The notes under the pieces: model-generated
Databases searched by the model: none
What the model saw: the letters and a program-made list of their open reading frames with translations, nothing else
What the model was told of the DNA's origin: nothing
Origin: Babesia bigemina
Lineage: Eukaryota
DNA length: 64,000 bases
NCBI RefSeq assembly: GCF_000981445.1
Contig: NC_027218.1
Location: forward strand, 992,001 to 1,056,000
Direction of reading: 5' to 3'
Shown: piece by piece, positions 13,153 to 27,715 of the stretch
How positions within the stretch are numbered: position 1 is the first letter of the stretch
How the letters are laid out: the number at the start of each line of letters is the position of its first letter
Translations under genes and position numbers: made by a program

Positions 13153-13506
13153 AGGACACATCTGCAGTGACCTCTCGTTAAACCAGTAATATACCCTGAA
13201 TCCCAGTAACTGAACTAATATGTATGTTATGTGCTTGTGTTATTGGCAATACGGTTCATTAATCGCCTTAAATCAACTGGTGGTAGGCTCGGCCATGATG
13301 GCCGATGGCGGTGCGGTACATACACTTGGTAATTAACACCTTGCCTGCATTACCGGGCCATAGATATATTCTAATATATGTCTCGGCAATTATGCTCGGG
13401 ATTCCTTCACTGGTGGCCTGATTTCCTGTTGCCGACTCACCTCTGTCTACAACTGAAAGAGACCACACACATTCGCCTGTCCCGCGTCCATTAGGCTACC
13501 AGTGCC

Positions 13507-15515
13507 ATGCCGTCCATAGCTGAGCTGCGCAGCCGCCTGGCTCGCGCGCAGACGAAGGTTGCGGCGGCACGTCTGAGCAGTTCGCAGTGCATCGACCTCG
13601 TGCTGAAGGTCTGCCAGAAGCGCAACATCACACTGATTCCCACGCTCGACGGCGAGGAGCTGCTGACGCTGCAGCAGCTGGAGCTGGATCTGGTGGCGGC
13701 GATCGAATCGAGAGGCGGCCGAGCTGCGGTCTCTGAGCTTGCCGCAGTCGTCGGAGTGCAGCAGAACTATGTTGACAGGACGGTTGAAAAGTTGCTGAAG
13801 GAGCACCCGAATCGTTACATGCGCCTGCAAGACACGCTTATCACGACCGCTTACACCGATTGGCTGACTGACACGGCCAGCCGTCGCCTGCAGGAATGTG
13901 GCGTGCTGAACGTTTGCGACTTCGCGAGCGAATTCGAGCTGCCATTCGATCTGATAAAACTGCTTATCACGAACTCAAAGGTTATTAAAGGGCGGTTGAA
14001 CGGCACGCTGCTGGAGTCGAGGGGGTACGAGGCATGCAAGGAGAGGTGTATCTTGTCCGCGTTGGCTGCCACCACGGTGCCCACTGCCACGATGCACCTG
14101 GCGAAAGTCACACGTATAGACATCAACCTCGTGAACGACGTGGTTGGGCGCCTGGTCAACGAGGGCAAAGTGAGCGGGACTTTTAAGGGCGGTGTCTACA
14201 CCCCCAAGGTGTACACCGACCACCGCCATGAGCTGCTGGCCGCCTTCTACAGCGCCAACGGCTACATCGAGCGCAGCAAAATCGCCGGATCCGGCAAGTC
14301 GAACAAGGACAACTCATACAAGATGTTTCCAGATGCGCTGTTGTTGGATACAGTGCTGATCAATCGCAACGTCCTTGAGCCGGTGTCGGTGCTCGTGAAC
14401 GAGGCCATCGCGACTGCTGGTTGGCGTGACATCAGCATCATGCTGCCCGCATCATTGACACCAACGGACTACGTTGCACTTTTGGAACAGATAAAGGGCG
14501 CCAGCAAGAACGGTTACGTGGTCGCAGGTCTCTACGTTTCTCTGGCCTTCGAGGAGTCGCTGGTGAAGCACATCGTTGAGGCTCTGAAGGACCGTATGGG
14601 TGCGAAGAAACTTTTGGACACCGCTTCGGACGCTGTAGAGACGCTTATAGACGAGGCTAGTGCCCTCATGGACGACGATTCCACGTCGGCGTTTGCCGAG
14701 TGTTGGGCGATAGCGTCCACTGAGCTGTATGAGCGCATAGAACCGTCAATGGTAGCCCTCATCCGCAAAGTATGCGTGGTGGATCGTCCAACACATGGAC
14801 ATAGCGGATTTGATGTGGAGGCTGCCACGGAGAAGTTGAAGGAGCACCACCTGAAATTCGACTGCACGTTGAAGGTGATGGAGAAGCTCGGTGGCGGCAC
14901 CGTCGACGGCGCTCACCTTATCATGAAGACTTTGGCAAAGGAGCTGCTCCCTGTGGACTGCCACTTGTTGTTGCAGGTGTACGCGACTCAGAATTTCGTC
15001 GAAATTCCGGGGGAGGGGGGCGAGATAAACGCCGGCAACCGCGCTGCGGTGGTCGAGGCCATAAAGGACAAGGAGGTGAAGGCTGACTTCAGCGCATACT
15101 TCGAAGCTATAAAGCAGAAGGATGCCCTCAAGGGCATTGAGGCCTCGCGTTCGCTGAAGGCCGCTATGTACATCGCATGCAACGTTAAGAAGGAGCGGAA
15201 GCGTTTTCTCAAAGTTCAGTCGACTCACTACGAACAACTATTGGCCTCTCTGGGCTGCGACGATGCGCTCAAAGCCGCATACTGCGCCCTCATGCTGGGG
15301 CTGCTGCGCAACGGGCATTACGTGTTCCTGGTGGACAAGGACTGGTGTCTGCGTGGGTGCGTCGAGAGCCTCGCGGAGTTCGTGGGCAAGGCCGACGTTA
15401 TCGAGGCAGTACAACGCTGCGTGGAAGGCAAAGGTGAGTTATTTATGTGTCTCAACCCGATAATGAATGTGCAGACACGAGCGCGGTAGAAACATGTCAA
15501 AAATTAATGCTGTGA
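13507..15515 (+). CDS. UFL1: E3 UFM1-protein ligase 1
   Basis: N-terminus RLSSSQCIDLVLKV...LIPTLDGEELLT...GGRAAVSELAAVVGV matches the UFL1 N-terminal family pattern. Probable last intron ~15434-15474. Confidence 0.85.
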
Positions 15516-15554
15516 CGTTGCTGGCATTCGCTTGCATTTGTCCGCGTTGCTCAT

Positions 15555-16187
15555 CTACGTTCGCTGCTTGTACAGGCCGTGCTGTGTAATGTAGTCCATA
15601 ATTTCTGGATGCAACGTGCCGACCTCGTCGCACTTCACGTTTGCGGCCAGCTGACTGCGCACAAGCGTGGAGGAGGTGCTGGAGGCTTCCATGGACCGGC
15701 CCTTGCACCGCAGCAGATCGGACAGCAGCTTGTACTGCTTCAGAGTATCGAGGTCTTCCTGCAGGATGGGGTAACCCTCCCTGTATGCGATGAGGAACTT
15801 GGTTATCTTCACGAGCTCGTCACCGTAGGGCCACTTTACGATCTGCGGGAGCAGATCCGACCCTACGAAGAAGTAGAAATCGTAGTCCGGATACGTTTCC
15901 TGGAAGTAACGCATCGTAAAGTAGCTGTCGATGTTTTCCCCCTTTTTGATTTCGTAGTCGCAAACTTCGACATCGGGATGGATTCCCTCCAACTGCCCGG
16001 CTGCGATTTCGCACTGCCTGAATCGCACTTCGTCACTGGCGGTGAATACTTTGTCCGTACGCTTGCCGCTGGGGAGGATCCATATCTTGTCGAAGAACTC
16101 GGTTTCGGCCGCCTGGCGGAGCATCAGCAGATGCGCGGCCGTGATCGGATCGAAGGTGCCAGCGAAGAGCAGCACCTTCAAACTCAT
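15555..16187 (-). CDS. Nicotinate/nicotinamide-nucleotide adenylyltransferase (NadD/NMNAT)
   Basis: LLFAGTFDPITAAH, FYFFVGSDLL..W, SSTLVR, IMDYITQHGLY. Confidence 0.9.
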   Translation of the reverse strand: MSLKVLLFAGTFDPITAAHLLMLRQAAETEFFDKIWILPSGKRTDKVFTASDEVRFRQCEIAAGQLEGIHPDVEVCDYEIKKGENIDSYFTMRYFQETYPDYDFYFFVGSDLLPQIVKWPYGDELVKITKFLIAYREGYPILQEDLDTLKQYKLLSDLLRCKGRSMEASSTSSTLVRSQLAANVKCDEVGTLHPEIMDYITQHGLYKQRT

Positions 16188-17093
16188 TTCGAAAGGCGCC
16201 TGTGAGATGTGTGGACAAGTTTCTTACAGCCTTTCGTTAGGGGCAGATGGCAGCTGCGATGTGTTTCCCGTTCACAATGGACTGTAACTGTGAAACACAG
16301 GATAAAGGCGACCTCGACGTACGTTGACAGTTAAATAACAATTCCCGGCTCCTTTTCGCGCCGCAGATATAACTAATGAATTGATTTCACGTGGTTTCGG
16401 TGTGATCTGCGTAGAAGGTTTCGTAGAAGAACAGCGATGGGTCTTTGCCTCTTGTCTTCCGATGTTCAGGCGGATATTGTAGCCCTCGCCCATACAATAT
16501 TCGTATCAACAATTAAATATAATAATACCACCAACATTTATATGAACTTAATCCGACTAAAATCAACTCCCCGGGGCTATACGGGCGCGGCTCCACAGGA
16601 TTGGGTCCCGATGCGGCTTCTACGTAGGGCATGTATAGCAAGCACACCTCTAGTCGTACAACGCAAGTATTTCCGTGGCATTCGACAAGGGTGTGTTCGA
16701 GTTCACGGGTTCCGGCGAGTTTTGTTTAGTTGGAAGTTTTAGTGCCTTCTGCTGTGCAGTGGACAGCCTTTCTCTATAGCAGCGAGTTGTGCAGTTTATG
16801 TTGTCGTACAACACCTGGGTCTACCGGTGCCATGCGCCGTGGTCACGTTGCTAACAGAGCCTGAGGTACCAGGTTGTTTCACCTGTTACACATCGCACAA
16901 ATAGCCACTTTAGAGCCACAATTTTGGGCTTACATCACCGTATAATCGGCTACATTCGCCTTGCATCCGAAACGATATCTCATCGTTGCTAGATGGTGTT
17001 GTGTGAGAGACGCGTCCTCTGGCGACTGGAAAATTTATGCAGTTATTATCCTTGTAATACGGTACTAGTGGTGCGATAAGAAGCTCTCCCGTG

Positions 17094-17167
17094 GCCCTCT
17101 TAGCTCAGTCGGATAGAGCGCCAGACTCTTAATCTGGTGGTCGGGGGTTCGAGTCCCTCAGGGGGCT
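17094..17167 (+). tRNA. tRNA-Lys (anticodon CTT)
   Basis: Acceptor stem GCCCTCT/AGGGGGC, D arm TAGCTCAGTCGGATAGAGC, anticodon arm CCAGA-CTCTTAA-TCTGG, T loop GTTCGAGT. A T-run (Pol III terminator) follows at ~17171. Confidence 0.95.
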
Positions 17168-17682
17168 TACCTTTTTTCATTGTATTCAGTTTACACGGCG
17201 ACATCCAATGATGAAACACACATCTATTGGCTTTAGCCATTTTTCCAAGTTCGGTAGTGACCGCTAATTTGTATCATTGTCACTTTAATGTGGAACTTTA
17301 CGTTTGTTCCGAGCGATGGTATTTCCCTCAGAGCTATAAGTTGCTCCATCAATTCATCGCGTATTTTTGAAACTAGGTCATGAATAACGCGTAAATCGTT
17401 TGTTTTAGACCGTCTACATTGGGTCATCCGTGCCCTCGTACCGGGTGTCGGATGCCCATGCTTTCATTTTTCGGCCCACAAGAGACCATCAAATCTGCAA
17501 CTTATGCGCACTATACGACAGCTGTGTAACTCAAAATAGTACTACACTCGTTCTGAAAAGTTTTAGTCACGAGTTGGGTGGAACGGCGCTAGTATTATGC
17601 TTCCCAACATCCTGGGTCCCAACTAGGGGACATGACACTAGATCTTATTGACAGGCCACACGTGGTGGGTACGCAGTTTGTG

Positions 17683-19861
17683 CTATACTCCAGCGGCGCA
17701 CAGCTCGTCGATGATGGCGCTGTACTTCTTTTTCGCGTTGTGGCGGCGGAGCTTGTTGGTCGTGGTGAGCATGTCGTTGCCGATGGAGAAGGGCTCCGGC
17801 TCGACGTAAATGTGCTTGCACCGCTCGAATCCCTTGACGCCGGATTCGTCGTACGCCTTGTTCATTTGCTGCGAATGCATGTAAGGGGAGCGGTGTGGCT
17901 GTGAGCCTACCTTCATTATGGCCTCCTTGAACTCCGGCAGCTTGCAAATTTCCTGCAGCGATAGCTCGGAGTGGCCGTTGTCCTTGGCCCAGAATTGCAC
18001 CTCGACTTCGTCTGGCACGACAATGGCGACGGGGTAAATCTGATGACATGATGTAAGCACGAACAAGGCGGCGCCTACCTCGGTCGACTTTCCGGTGACG
18101 AACGCCTGACTGAGCAGAGTGCAGCCGATGAGCACCGCCTCCAATTTTTCGGGCATGATGTACTCGCCCTGCACCAGCTTGAAAATGTGTTTCCTGCGGT
18201 CGATGATTTTGATCGCGCCGTTCGGCAGCAGCTCGGCAATGTCGCCAGTGAGCAGCCACCCGTCCTGGATGGCTTCAGCGGTAGCATCAGGGTTCCTGAA
18301 ATAACCGCATGTCACGTGACTACCCCTCAACATGAGCTCGCCTCTTGGGTTAGGGTCCTTGACGGAGTATTCCAAGTCGGGCAGCGACTTGAGCCTGAAC
18401 TCCAGCGAGGGGATGATTCCTCCAACGTGTGTCGTGTCCGTCTCTCCAGCCATATTGACGACAGCTCCTGCGGCGGTTTCGGTGAGGCCGTAGCCGGCGA
18501 GCAGCTGTGTTCCGAAGATCGCTCTCATCCTGTCGTACGTCAGGGGGGACAGCGGCGCTGACCCCGTCATCATCCACTCGACATTCCCGCCAAACAACGC
18601 GGGGAACTTCTTGAAAACGAATCTGTCCCAGAAGGCGTGCTTGCAGTTTCCTGTGGTCCTAATCCGCCTCAACTTGGCCTTGAGCGCCATGTTGAAGATG
18701 GCCTGGATGATCCAGTGCTTCCTCGAGACGTTTGAAAAGACCTTGTCGTGGATCCTAAAATACAGCCTCGGTACGCTGACGAACACTGTGGGCTTGAGCG
18801 TCTCCAGGTCCTCCAGGATGTTGCGCACGTCACCGCTGTAGAGTCCGATCTTGCCTCCCACGATGAGGCACGAGTTAATGTACAGGCGCTCGTACATGTG
18901 GGCAAGAGGAAGGTAGCTGAGGTAGCATTTGACGGCCTCGGGCGACACCTTGCCGGTCAAGCTTATCGTCTGGTTCACCACGGTGATGAGCGACGCAATC
19001 TGCCCCTGGGTCAGGATGACGCCCTTAGGGATACCCGAGGTGCCGGAGGTGTAGGAGATGGTGTTCACCTGCTCCGGCTTCGCAGGGCTGAATGGGATCA
19101 GGTTGGCATCCCCCCTGGCCAAAACTTCGTCGAAAAGAAGCACCTCCACATCGTTGCCCTCCGGGGCCACTTTTTCCGTGCCAATCACAATCACAGCCTT
19201 GATGGTGTGCGCATGCGCCTTCGGCATCGCCCGCATGAGTTTCTGCGCGCACCCGTAGTCGCACACGACCACGTTGATGTCCGAGTTCTGCAGGATGTGG
19301 AGGATCGACTCCTCGCCGATGGTGTCGTAAATGGGCACGATGGTGTACCCGAAGGCGTTTGCTGTCTGCTCGCATATTAGCCACTCGACGCTGTTTGGGG
19401 CGTATATTCCGATCATCATGGCTTCCACGGGTTCAGGGGCGTTCACCTCCACCTTTTCTATTCCGGCAATCGTCTGGAGTCCACTGCCGAAACGCTGAAC
19501 CAGCGCCTCCACCTCGCGGTAGCTCTTGAAAGCGTACTCTCCGAGCGCGCCGTCATCCTTCCTGACTCTTGTGCCGAGGCATGGCGCATCCGGGTCTTGC
19601 TTCAGACCGTGCTGGAAGATGTCCCATCTGCATGTTTGTTGACGGACGGTATCGCAGCGCGCAAAGCGCAGACCGACACTCACCCTGTAGCAATATTTCC
19701 ATCGAAGTAGTCTTTGTACGACAGGACTTTGTCGACGCTCAGCGGGCATCTGTACACTGCGGAGAAACCTGCGTCTTATGAGCGTGCGCCGGCGGCTACC
19801 CACCTTCCTCCTCGGTCCCTGGGACCGGCAACGAATACATGTGTTTCGCGTGGCTTACCAT
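17683..19861 (-). CDS. Long-chain acyl-CoA synthetase (multi-exon)
   Basis: ISYTSGTSGIPKGV AMP-binding motif, YLPLAHMYER, GYGLTET, GWLLTGDI, IIDRRKHIFKLVQGEYI. Spliced N-terminus MVSHAKHMYSLPVPGTEEEGFSAVYR starts at 19861. Confidence 0.93.
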
Positions 19862-20607
19862 CACTTACTATCCTGTTTAAAGGGAGTATACACCGTCTCT
19901 ACACGTGAGACGCGTTGCCTCAGTTGTGCAGTTGACGACGGTGTGTCGCACTGCTAAATTTCGCGGTCGCAGATTCCACACACCGGTGTATCTGCATCAT
20001 ACGGCGAGACACACAGCTTATCGCTTGAGTCTCGGCTCATAACATCGTAATTTAAAGTAAATCAAGCCCCATCTTCCGACGTCAACGCGCGGTTGTCGCT
20101 CCCACATGCGTACGCGCACCTCATATTTGAATCATACGTCGCCTAGCTGTATAGTATGATATTACGTGTGAGTGTGTACCGCGTCGCAGTGTCTATGGGC
20201 GGGTCTGCCGACGGGACGACGATACCTAGGCTCATTTGACGAATTAACCGTTAATGTGTACGTCTATGGCTCTAGCTGTGAGCAGTTGAGCCACAGTTAT
20301 GCAACGATATTATGTTGTCGCAAATTTATATGCCCCTGGTGAGAGCATATTTCTCGATCTCACGCCTTGGCCGTGGCACACTTTGCATCGCCCATACACT
20401 TAGTATGGCCGTTACGGCTTCACTCAGCCTAGTCACGAATTTTTAGTAGTGCGAGGAAGGCTTTGTATGGCATGTTTGTAGCCGGGGAGGGGGCGATGCC
20501 GTCGTGTCTATCTCCACGTCATTCTCAGTTCAGTCCCACACGTCGCTCCCTCCAGTTGTTTCCACACGCATAAACTGTTCAATTCGAAATTTCGCGCATA
20601 TGACACA

Positions 20608-22458
<1,851 letters not shown>

Positions 22459-22671
22459 TCACGTGCAATATGCACCATATGGTCAAAGTATATCTATATC
22501 GCAACATTACGTGTTAATATTTGCGATGACCTCGTGTCTTTTGTTATATTACGTGTACTGTTGTGTAGCACCAGAAACCTTACACCAAAATATACGGCGG
22601 AATCGGTTGATTACGTGACCTTCCACTCGCACACATTGTATGCTATTAAATAACATATTGAGGGGATAACA

Positions 22672-23642
22672 ATGGCGAGCTCCGACGCAGTGGCCGACAA
22701 CGTCCTGTTGATGCTTACCGAGAAGTGCTCCGGTATCGATGGACTGCTGGACACATTCTTCTCCTTCCTGGGCCGACGCACCGACTTTTACACTCCACCT
22801 GGTGGTGAAGATCCCAATGGTCATTTAGAGTACTGCGTGAAGCTGGTTTCGCAACGTTGCCGCCAGGCTGGCGCTGCGGCCATAGAAGCCAAACGCAGGG
22901 AGGCAGACTCAAAGCGTCAAAAGGAAGCTGCTAAACACGTAGTTCAGGCCGATAATTCAGTTATAGATGTCACTTCTGGAGACCCAGAATCGGTTATAGA
23001 GATTCCCCGGAATCAGGAACCCCCAGAGGAGGTTGAAGAGCACTCCGAGGGAGAGACCGACGAAACTCCTCCGCCTGGCAACGGAGGAACCACTGAATGG
23101 TATGTCAACATTTCACGTGTGGCATTACGTACTATTATACGAATTTAACACCTCTCAGGTATGTCTGGACCCAGACACTGGCGGGTGTCGAAGTCTCTGC
23201 ACCAGTTCCTGCCGGCACTAAGAGTCGCAACATCAAGGTCGACATTACTACGAATAGGCTTACAGCATATCTGAACGGATCTCTGCTATTTGGCGGGGAT
23301 TTGCATGAGACTGTCAGAAGTGACGACTGTTTCTGGACACTGGTTGACGGGAAGACCCTGCAGATAACTCTGGAAAAGCGCAACCAGATACAATGGTGGC
23401 CGTGTGTTATCAAGGGCCACCCAGAGATTGACGTTAAGAAAATCGTACCCGAGAATTCCAAGCTAAGTGACTTGGACCCTGAGACTCGGCACACCGTGGA
23501 GAAGATGATGTTTGACCAGCGCCAAAAGGCCGCAGGCCTGCCAACGAGTGCACAGGCGTCGCAGTTCGAGGCCCTGGAGAGGTTCAAAAAGGCTCACCCT
23601 GAGCTAGACTTCTCAAAAGCAAAGATAAACTTTGCCAGTTGA
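22672..23642 (+). CDS. NUDC: Nuclear movement protein NudC, one intron
   Basis: LLDTFFSFLGRRTDFY, GNGG..|YVWTQTL, WWPCVIKGHPEID..PENSKLSDLDPETRHTVEKMMFDQRQKAAGLPTS..HPELDFSKAK. Confidence 0.93.
23511..23640 (+). repeat. Direct repeat copy A (last 130 bp of NudC CDS)
   Basis: Matches 62041-62170 with 8 mismatches in 130 bp by manual alignment. Weaker similarity extends ~17 bp further 5'. Confidence 0.9.
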
Positions 23643-24443
23643 ATGCCATTTGCATGATTGGGTTGCCGATATTTCACTTAATCCGCAGTTGTCAGAATTA
23701 TCGGTTATCTGTGGACTTATACCCTATCCAGTTACTTGTGATTTTCAGTGGCCGCATTTATAGTAATTTGTGGCATGTTGCAACGATCATGTTTGCAATT
23801 TTAATGGCTATACATGGTACAATATATGCTATAGATAGTGAGGCCCAGGTATAAAGGTATAATGAATGCAGACCTGCCTATACGGTCTCTCATTATGACG
23901 CATTAATGTTTGGTTTTGTCTGGTCATTTTTAATGTGCCTTAATTTTTGCACTACATCACCACGGCAAATTGTATCTTAAAATGACGTAGTAAACTGTGA
24001 GGTGACTGAGAATATTGCACATTTTGGGTTTGGTATGCTAGCCGGTGGCATCAAAATGGTGATCATACCCATCAGTACAGCTGCAGGTGCGATATATTGC
24101 TGATTTTGCAAACAAGCGACTCGCAGTGGATAGCAGCGATTGTTCTGAGATGCGGAGGCTTGAAGGTTACCAGTGGTGCGAGCGGACGTAGAGCGTATCA
24201 AGGCAGCCGACAAGGACGTATGATAGGCCACTATGGTTAAGCCAGTTCAATTTGACAGTCTGCATTCGATGCTATGTTTGGATGTAATTCGTGAACGTCT
24301 CTCCGGGTACCTTCCGATGCACGATTATCGAACATATAATAATATATGATTAGACAAGCATTGTGCATCCGTTGTATGCAACGCTGCGATAAGTGCGATA
24401 AGGCAAACTGTTGGAGTTTGTTTAAGAATGCGATGCAAAACGT

Positions 24444-24788
24444 TCATTTGCGGGTAAAACAATCGCGGACTTTGTGGAACGGCCGTATGCGAAAGACGCT
24501 CATGACGCAGATGACTATGAGCATGATTAGTATGACGGGAGTTATGACGACGACAGGGCGTATGACATTGCTTTTACAACATGGGCAGTCACAAGGGTCA
24601 CCGTATCTAAAGCCACATTTCCCACAAATATCAGGATTACAGATGTTGTAGCCTGCTCTCGTCACAATACACGCTTTGCAACGGTTGCTTCCGGTACATC
24701 CTATACAACACCATGAACAACACCTACATGTGCGGTTACTACACTCTCCGCCCCTAGTACCACAATCACACGGTGTCCCTTCATCCAT
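24444..24788 (-). CDS. Small 18-Cys protein with C-terminal TM (family copy 1, divergent from the retroelement)
   Basis: CxC..C..CxCCxWCCxxC..CxxC..C..CxxC..CxCxCC followed by VILIMLIVICVMSVFRIRPF. Three paralogues in this window keep the same 18 Cys. Confidence 0.7.
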   Translation of the reverse strand: MDEGTPCDCGTRGGECSNRTCRCCSWCCIGCTGSNRCKACIVTRAGYNICNPDICGKCGFRYGDPCDCPCCKSNVIRPVVVITPVILIMLIVICVMSVFRIRPFHKVRDCFTRK

Positions 24789-25132
24789 CTTACCCTTCCT
24801 CCGTTCACAACAACCTGCAAACTACGCAACAGGCAGCTCAACCTACGACACTCCCTTCCCATCTATACGCACTAACGTGAAACACGTACCCGGGCCGCAG
24901 ACCGGTGAAACCGCCAGCCCGTCTCCCCTCACCGTTTCCGCAATCTTCGGTCACCGATAGCCATGCTTCTGCCGGGTAATCCACAGCCACGCGTTTTCCA
25001 CTACAGAGATACCACACCTAATGGGATATATGTGGATTCGTTATATTACCCCATCAGTCTGGGAAAATGTCTTGAAGGTTGCACATGTAGCCTTGAATCA
25101 ATGCATCATAGTGGTTATCAACCCACAAGGAG

Positions 25133-27715
25133 GTGGAGCAGATGGCAAGACAGGTAGTCGCCAAAGCAGCGCGGAGCCAACCGACGGACGTTGGAGAAAT
25201 AGCATCGCTGCACGACGTCGACTCATACAACGCCCTGCAGGAGGATTTCGACCGGATCATGGCACAGAGGTTGAGGGAGCCAGGTGTTATTAGGACAGTA
25301 AAGAACAAAAGACACACCATGGACTCCCTCGACTTCTCGGCGATTAGGTCGCTGGATCTAGTGGTCCACAACTACGTGAAGCACAACCCAGTCACTGATA
25401 TGGGGATGCTAGCCATCTTGTATCAGACGGCACAGGACTGCTACGACAAGTACAGCGCGAAACCATCGTCGTCCTCGGGAAAGAAGGAGGCAGCAGAGAG
25501 GAGGATCAAGGAGCTGGAGGAGATAGGAGCACTACTTCTGAAATACAAGCAGAAGGTCCCCCTGGAGAAGGAGGATAGGAAACGCGTTTATCGCCAAATG
25601 GACAAGTACAACATGATCGCGGACAAGCCGCAGGAACTGTCATACGTGATCAGCAGGACTCAAGAGGAACTCCAAAAGGAGCAGGACAAACTCAAGAACG
25701 CCAAGTTCAAGCAGGAGTTGTACAACCATAACCGCATGTTCGAGCTTTACACGGGACACTTCTACAGGACACTGGAGAAACAGCAGGACGCGGATGAGTC
25801 GGCGATAAACGAGGGGATGATGATAGAGTACTGGGCGCAAATGTGGGTGAAGCCAAACGCACCGCACAACGGTGAAGGATACCTGGTCGAAAGACCACCG
25901 GCAGAGAACATGGCAGGCTTTCCCACATACGAGGAATTCGTCACGATCGTCAAGAAATTGCGAGACTGGAAGTCGCCCGGTGCGGATGGGATCTACAACT
26001 ACTACATTAAATGGCTCACGTCCCTTCACAGAGTCATTTATAGGCTAGTAGAGGAGGCATGCACGCAAGGCAAAGTGCAGGACGACTGGTTCTACTGTGG
26101 GATCACGTACCTACTACCGAAGAACAAGAAACCAAAGTCCGCCGCACAATACAGGCCTATCACGTGCATGTCCAACCTATACAAGCTAACTACCCGTTGT
26201 GCAACGGAGACGCTTAAGCGAGAAGTCGATGGCAGGGGACTACGGTCCGAGAACCAGATGGGCACGAGGAGCAACGTACAGGGTGCAAAGGAGCACGCGT
26301 TAGCTAACATCGCGCTCAACGAGAAGCACAAGGGGAAGTTACTTGCAACGTGGGTCGACGTCATGAAGGCGTACGACTCAATCCACCACGCGTACCTGGC
26401 AAGGGTTATCGACAGCCTTAACCTACCAGGGTGGTTATCAAACTTCATCAAGCAGACGACCAAGAGGTGGAATATAGAGATACGGTGGAACAAGAACACA
26501 ATCATGCACAAGAAAGTAGAGAGGGGCATTCTCCAAGGCGACAGCCTGTCGCCCCTTCTCTTCGTGCTGTGCTTGGACCCGCTGAGCAGGCACCTGACTC
26601 GCATCTTCCCCAAGGTGGAGCTAAGCGTGCCTGGCGGCAGGATCTTCGCCACAAACCACTTTCTCTATATTGACGACCTCAAGTTCTTCGCCCACGAGGA
26701 AAGTACGATGAGAGGAATGGGCCGAGAAGTGGAGAAGTTCTTCAACGACATAGGACTCAGGATCAACCGCGACAAGTCGGCAACCAACACGGAGGCGTGC
26801 GTGAGCATCGCCAAGCAGATGGAAGGCCCGGAGACGTACAAGTACTTGGGAGTCACAGAGACTTCAAACTCACTTACAAGCGACGGAATGTTCGACATAA
26901 TACTACAGGAGATATGCAGGAGAACGGAGCTACTGGCTGCGTCAAAGCTGTCGGGGAAAAACCTCTCGATGGCCATCAACCAGTACGCCCTCAGCGTCAT
27001 CAACTACTACATCGGCGTGATCCCCATGGACATCACGCATTTCGACAAGATCGACCTGGCAGTACGGAGAATAATTAACGCGAAGCACGGACACAAGAAG
27101 TGGGCGAACACACAGAGGCTCTACCTCCCCCGGAAAGAGATGGGGAGAGGGCTCCACAGCATGGTATTCAGAGCGGAAGCCATGCTGCTACGACTGTGGT
27201 TGACGTTTTCAGCAGACGAGGTGACGTCAACCAGGAGGGCTGCGATCATGCAGCATTTTCGCGACACATACGCGCACATATCTCATATCAAGATGCACCT
27301 GGAAGGGAGATATGGAATGGAATTCGGAGTGGAGGACACGACGGACAAGAGCCTCAGGGACCTCAGGGTGGCCCAAAACAAATGGCTGTACAACAGAATG
27401 CACGTAAAATCAACTCATAAGGTTCTGTATGCCAAGCGTGAGGACCCCAAGCTGGACATCGAGGCGTCGTCATTGTACCTGACGTGTGGAATACTCACCC
27501 CGGAAGAAGCAGCGAAGGTAGCAGAAGTCCAGGACAGGAATCTGCAATGGATGACTTCGTCCAAGAAATGCTCAAGATGCAACAACGGCAGGAACGTAAA
27601 CCACCTCGAGTCAACGGGCCTGAAAATTCTACTAAGAATATACGAAGAATCACATAGAGGCAACCGAAATAGTCCACTCATTACTCGGGAGGCAAATAGG
27701 ACCACCCAAGGATAA
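25133..27715 (+). CDS. Reverse transcriptase ORF (860 aa, uninterrupted)
   Basis: Non-LTR RT motifs in order: KSPGADGI, YRPITCMSNLYKL, ENQMG, WVDVMKAYDSIHH, RGILQGDSLSPLLF, LYIDDLK, GLRINRDKS, YKYLG, LYLPRKEMGRGL, CSRC-x7-H. First ATG is at 25142. Confidence 0.93.
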   Translation: MEQMARQVVAKAARSQPTDVGEIASLHDVDSYNALQEDFDRIMAQRLREPGVIRTVKNKRHTMDSLDFSAIRSLDLVVHNYVKHNPVTDMGMLAILYQTAQDCYDKYSAKPSSSSGKKEAAERRIKELEEIGALLLKYKQKVPLEKEDRKRVYRQMDKYNMIADKPQELSYVISRTQEELQKEQDKLKNAKFKQELYNHNRMFELYTGHFYRTLEKQQDADESAINEGMMIEYWAQMWVKPNAPHNGEGYLVERPPAENMAGFPTYEEFVTIVKKLRDWKSPGADGIYNYYIKWLTSLHRVIYRLVEEACTQGKVQDDWFYCGITYLLPKNKKPKSAAQYRPITCMSNLYKLTTRCATETLKREVDGRGLRSENQMGTRSNVQGAKEHALANIALNEKHKGKLLATWVDVMKAYDSIHHAYLARVIDSLNLPGWLSNFIKQTTKRWNIEIRWNKNTIMHKKVERGILQGDSLSPLLFVLCLDPLSRHLTRIFPKVELSVPGGRIFATNHFLYIDDLKFFAHEESTMRGMGREVEKFFNDIGLRINRDKSATNTEACVSIAKQMEGPETYKYLGVTETSNSLTSDGMFDIILQEICRRTELLAASKLSGKNLSMAINQYALSVINYYIGVIPMDITHFDKIDLAVRRIINAKHGHKKWANTQRLYLPRKEMGRGLHSMVFRAEAMLLRLWLTFSADEVTSTRRAAIMQHFRDTYAHISHIKMHLEGRYGMEFGVEDTTDKSLRDLRVAQNKWLYNRMHVKSTHKVLYAKREDPKLDIEASSLYLTCGILTPEEAAKVAEVQDRNLQWMTSSKKCSRCNNGRNVNHLESTGLKILLRIYEESHRGNRNSPLITREANRTTQG

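Noticed and set aside
23977..24231. Minus-strand ORF with a hydrophobic stretch, possibly a decayed Cys-ORF tail
   Set aside because: No Cys scaffold or FxIxPF tail, and the similarity is too weak to support.
24850..25020. GC-rich stretch upstream of the RT that might be an HDV-like 5' ribozyme, as in R2-type elements
   Set aside because: I could not build the nested double-pseudoknot pairings by eye. A descriptor or covariance-model search is needed.
27620..27715. Programmed ribosomal frameshift joining RT and endonuclease
   Set aside because: No recognisable slippery site, REL elements normally encode both domains in one frame, and a further stop at 28083 favours decay.
25133..27715. RT as telomerase, retron or group II intron maturase
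   Set aside because: SPGxDG, YRPI, LYLPRKxxGRGL, the zinc knuckle and the downstream PD..D nuclease are non-LTR features.
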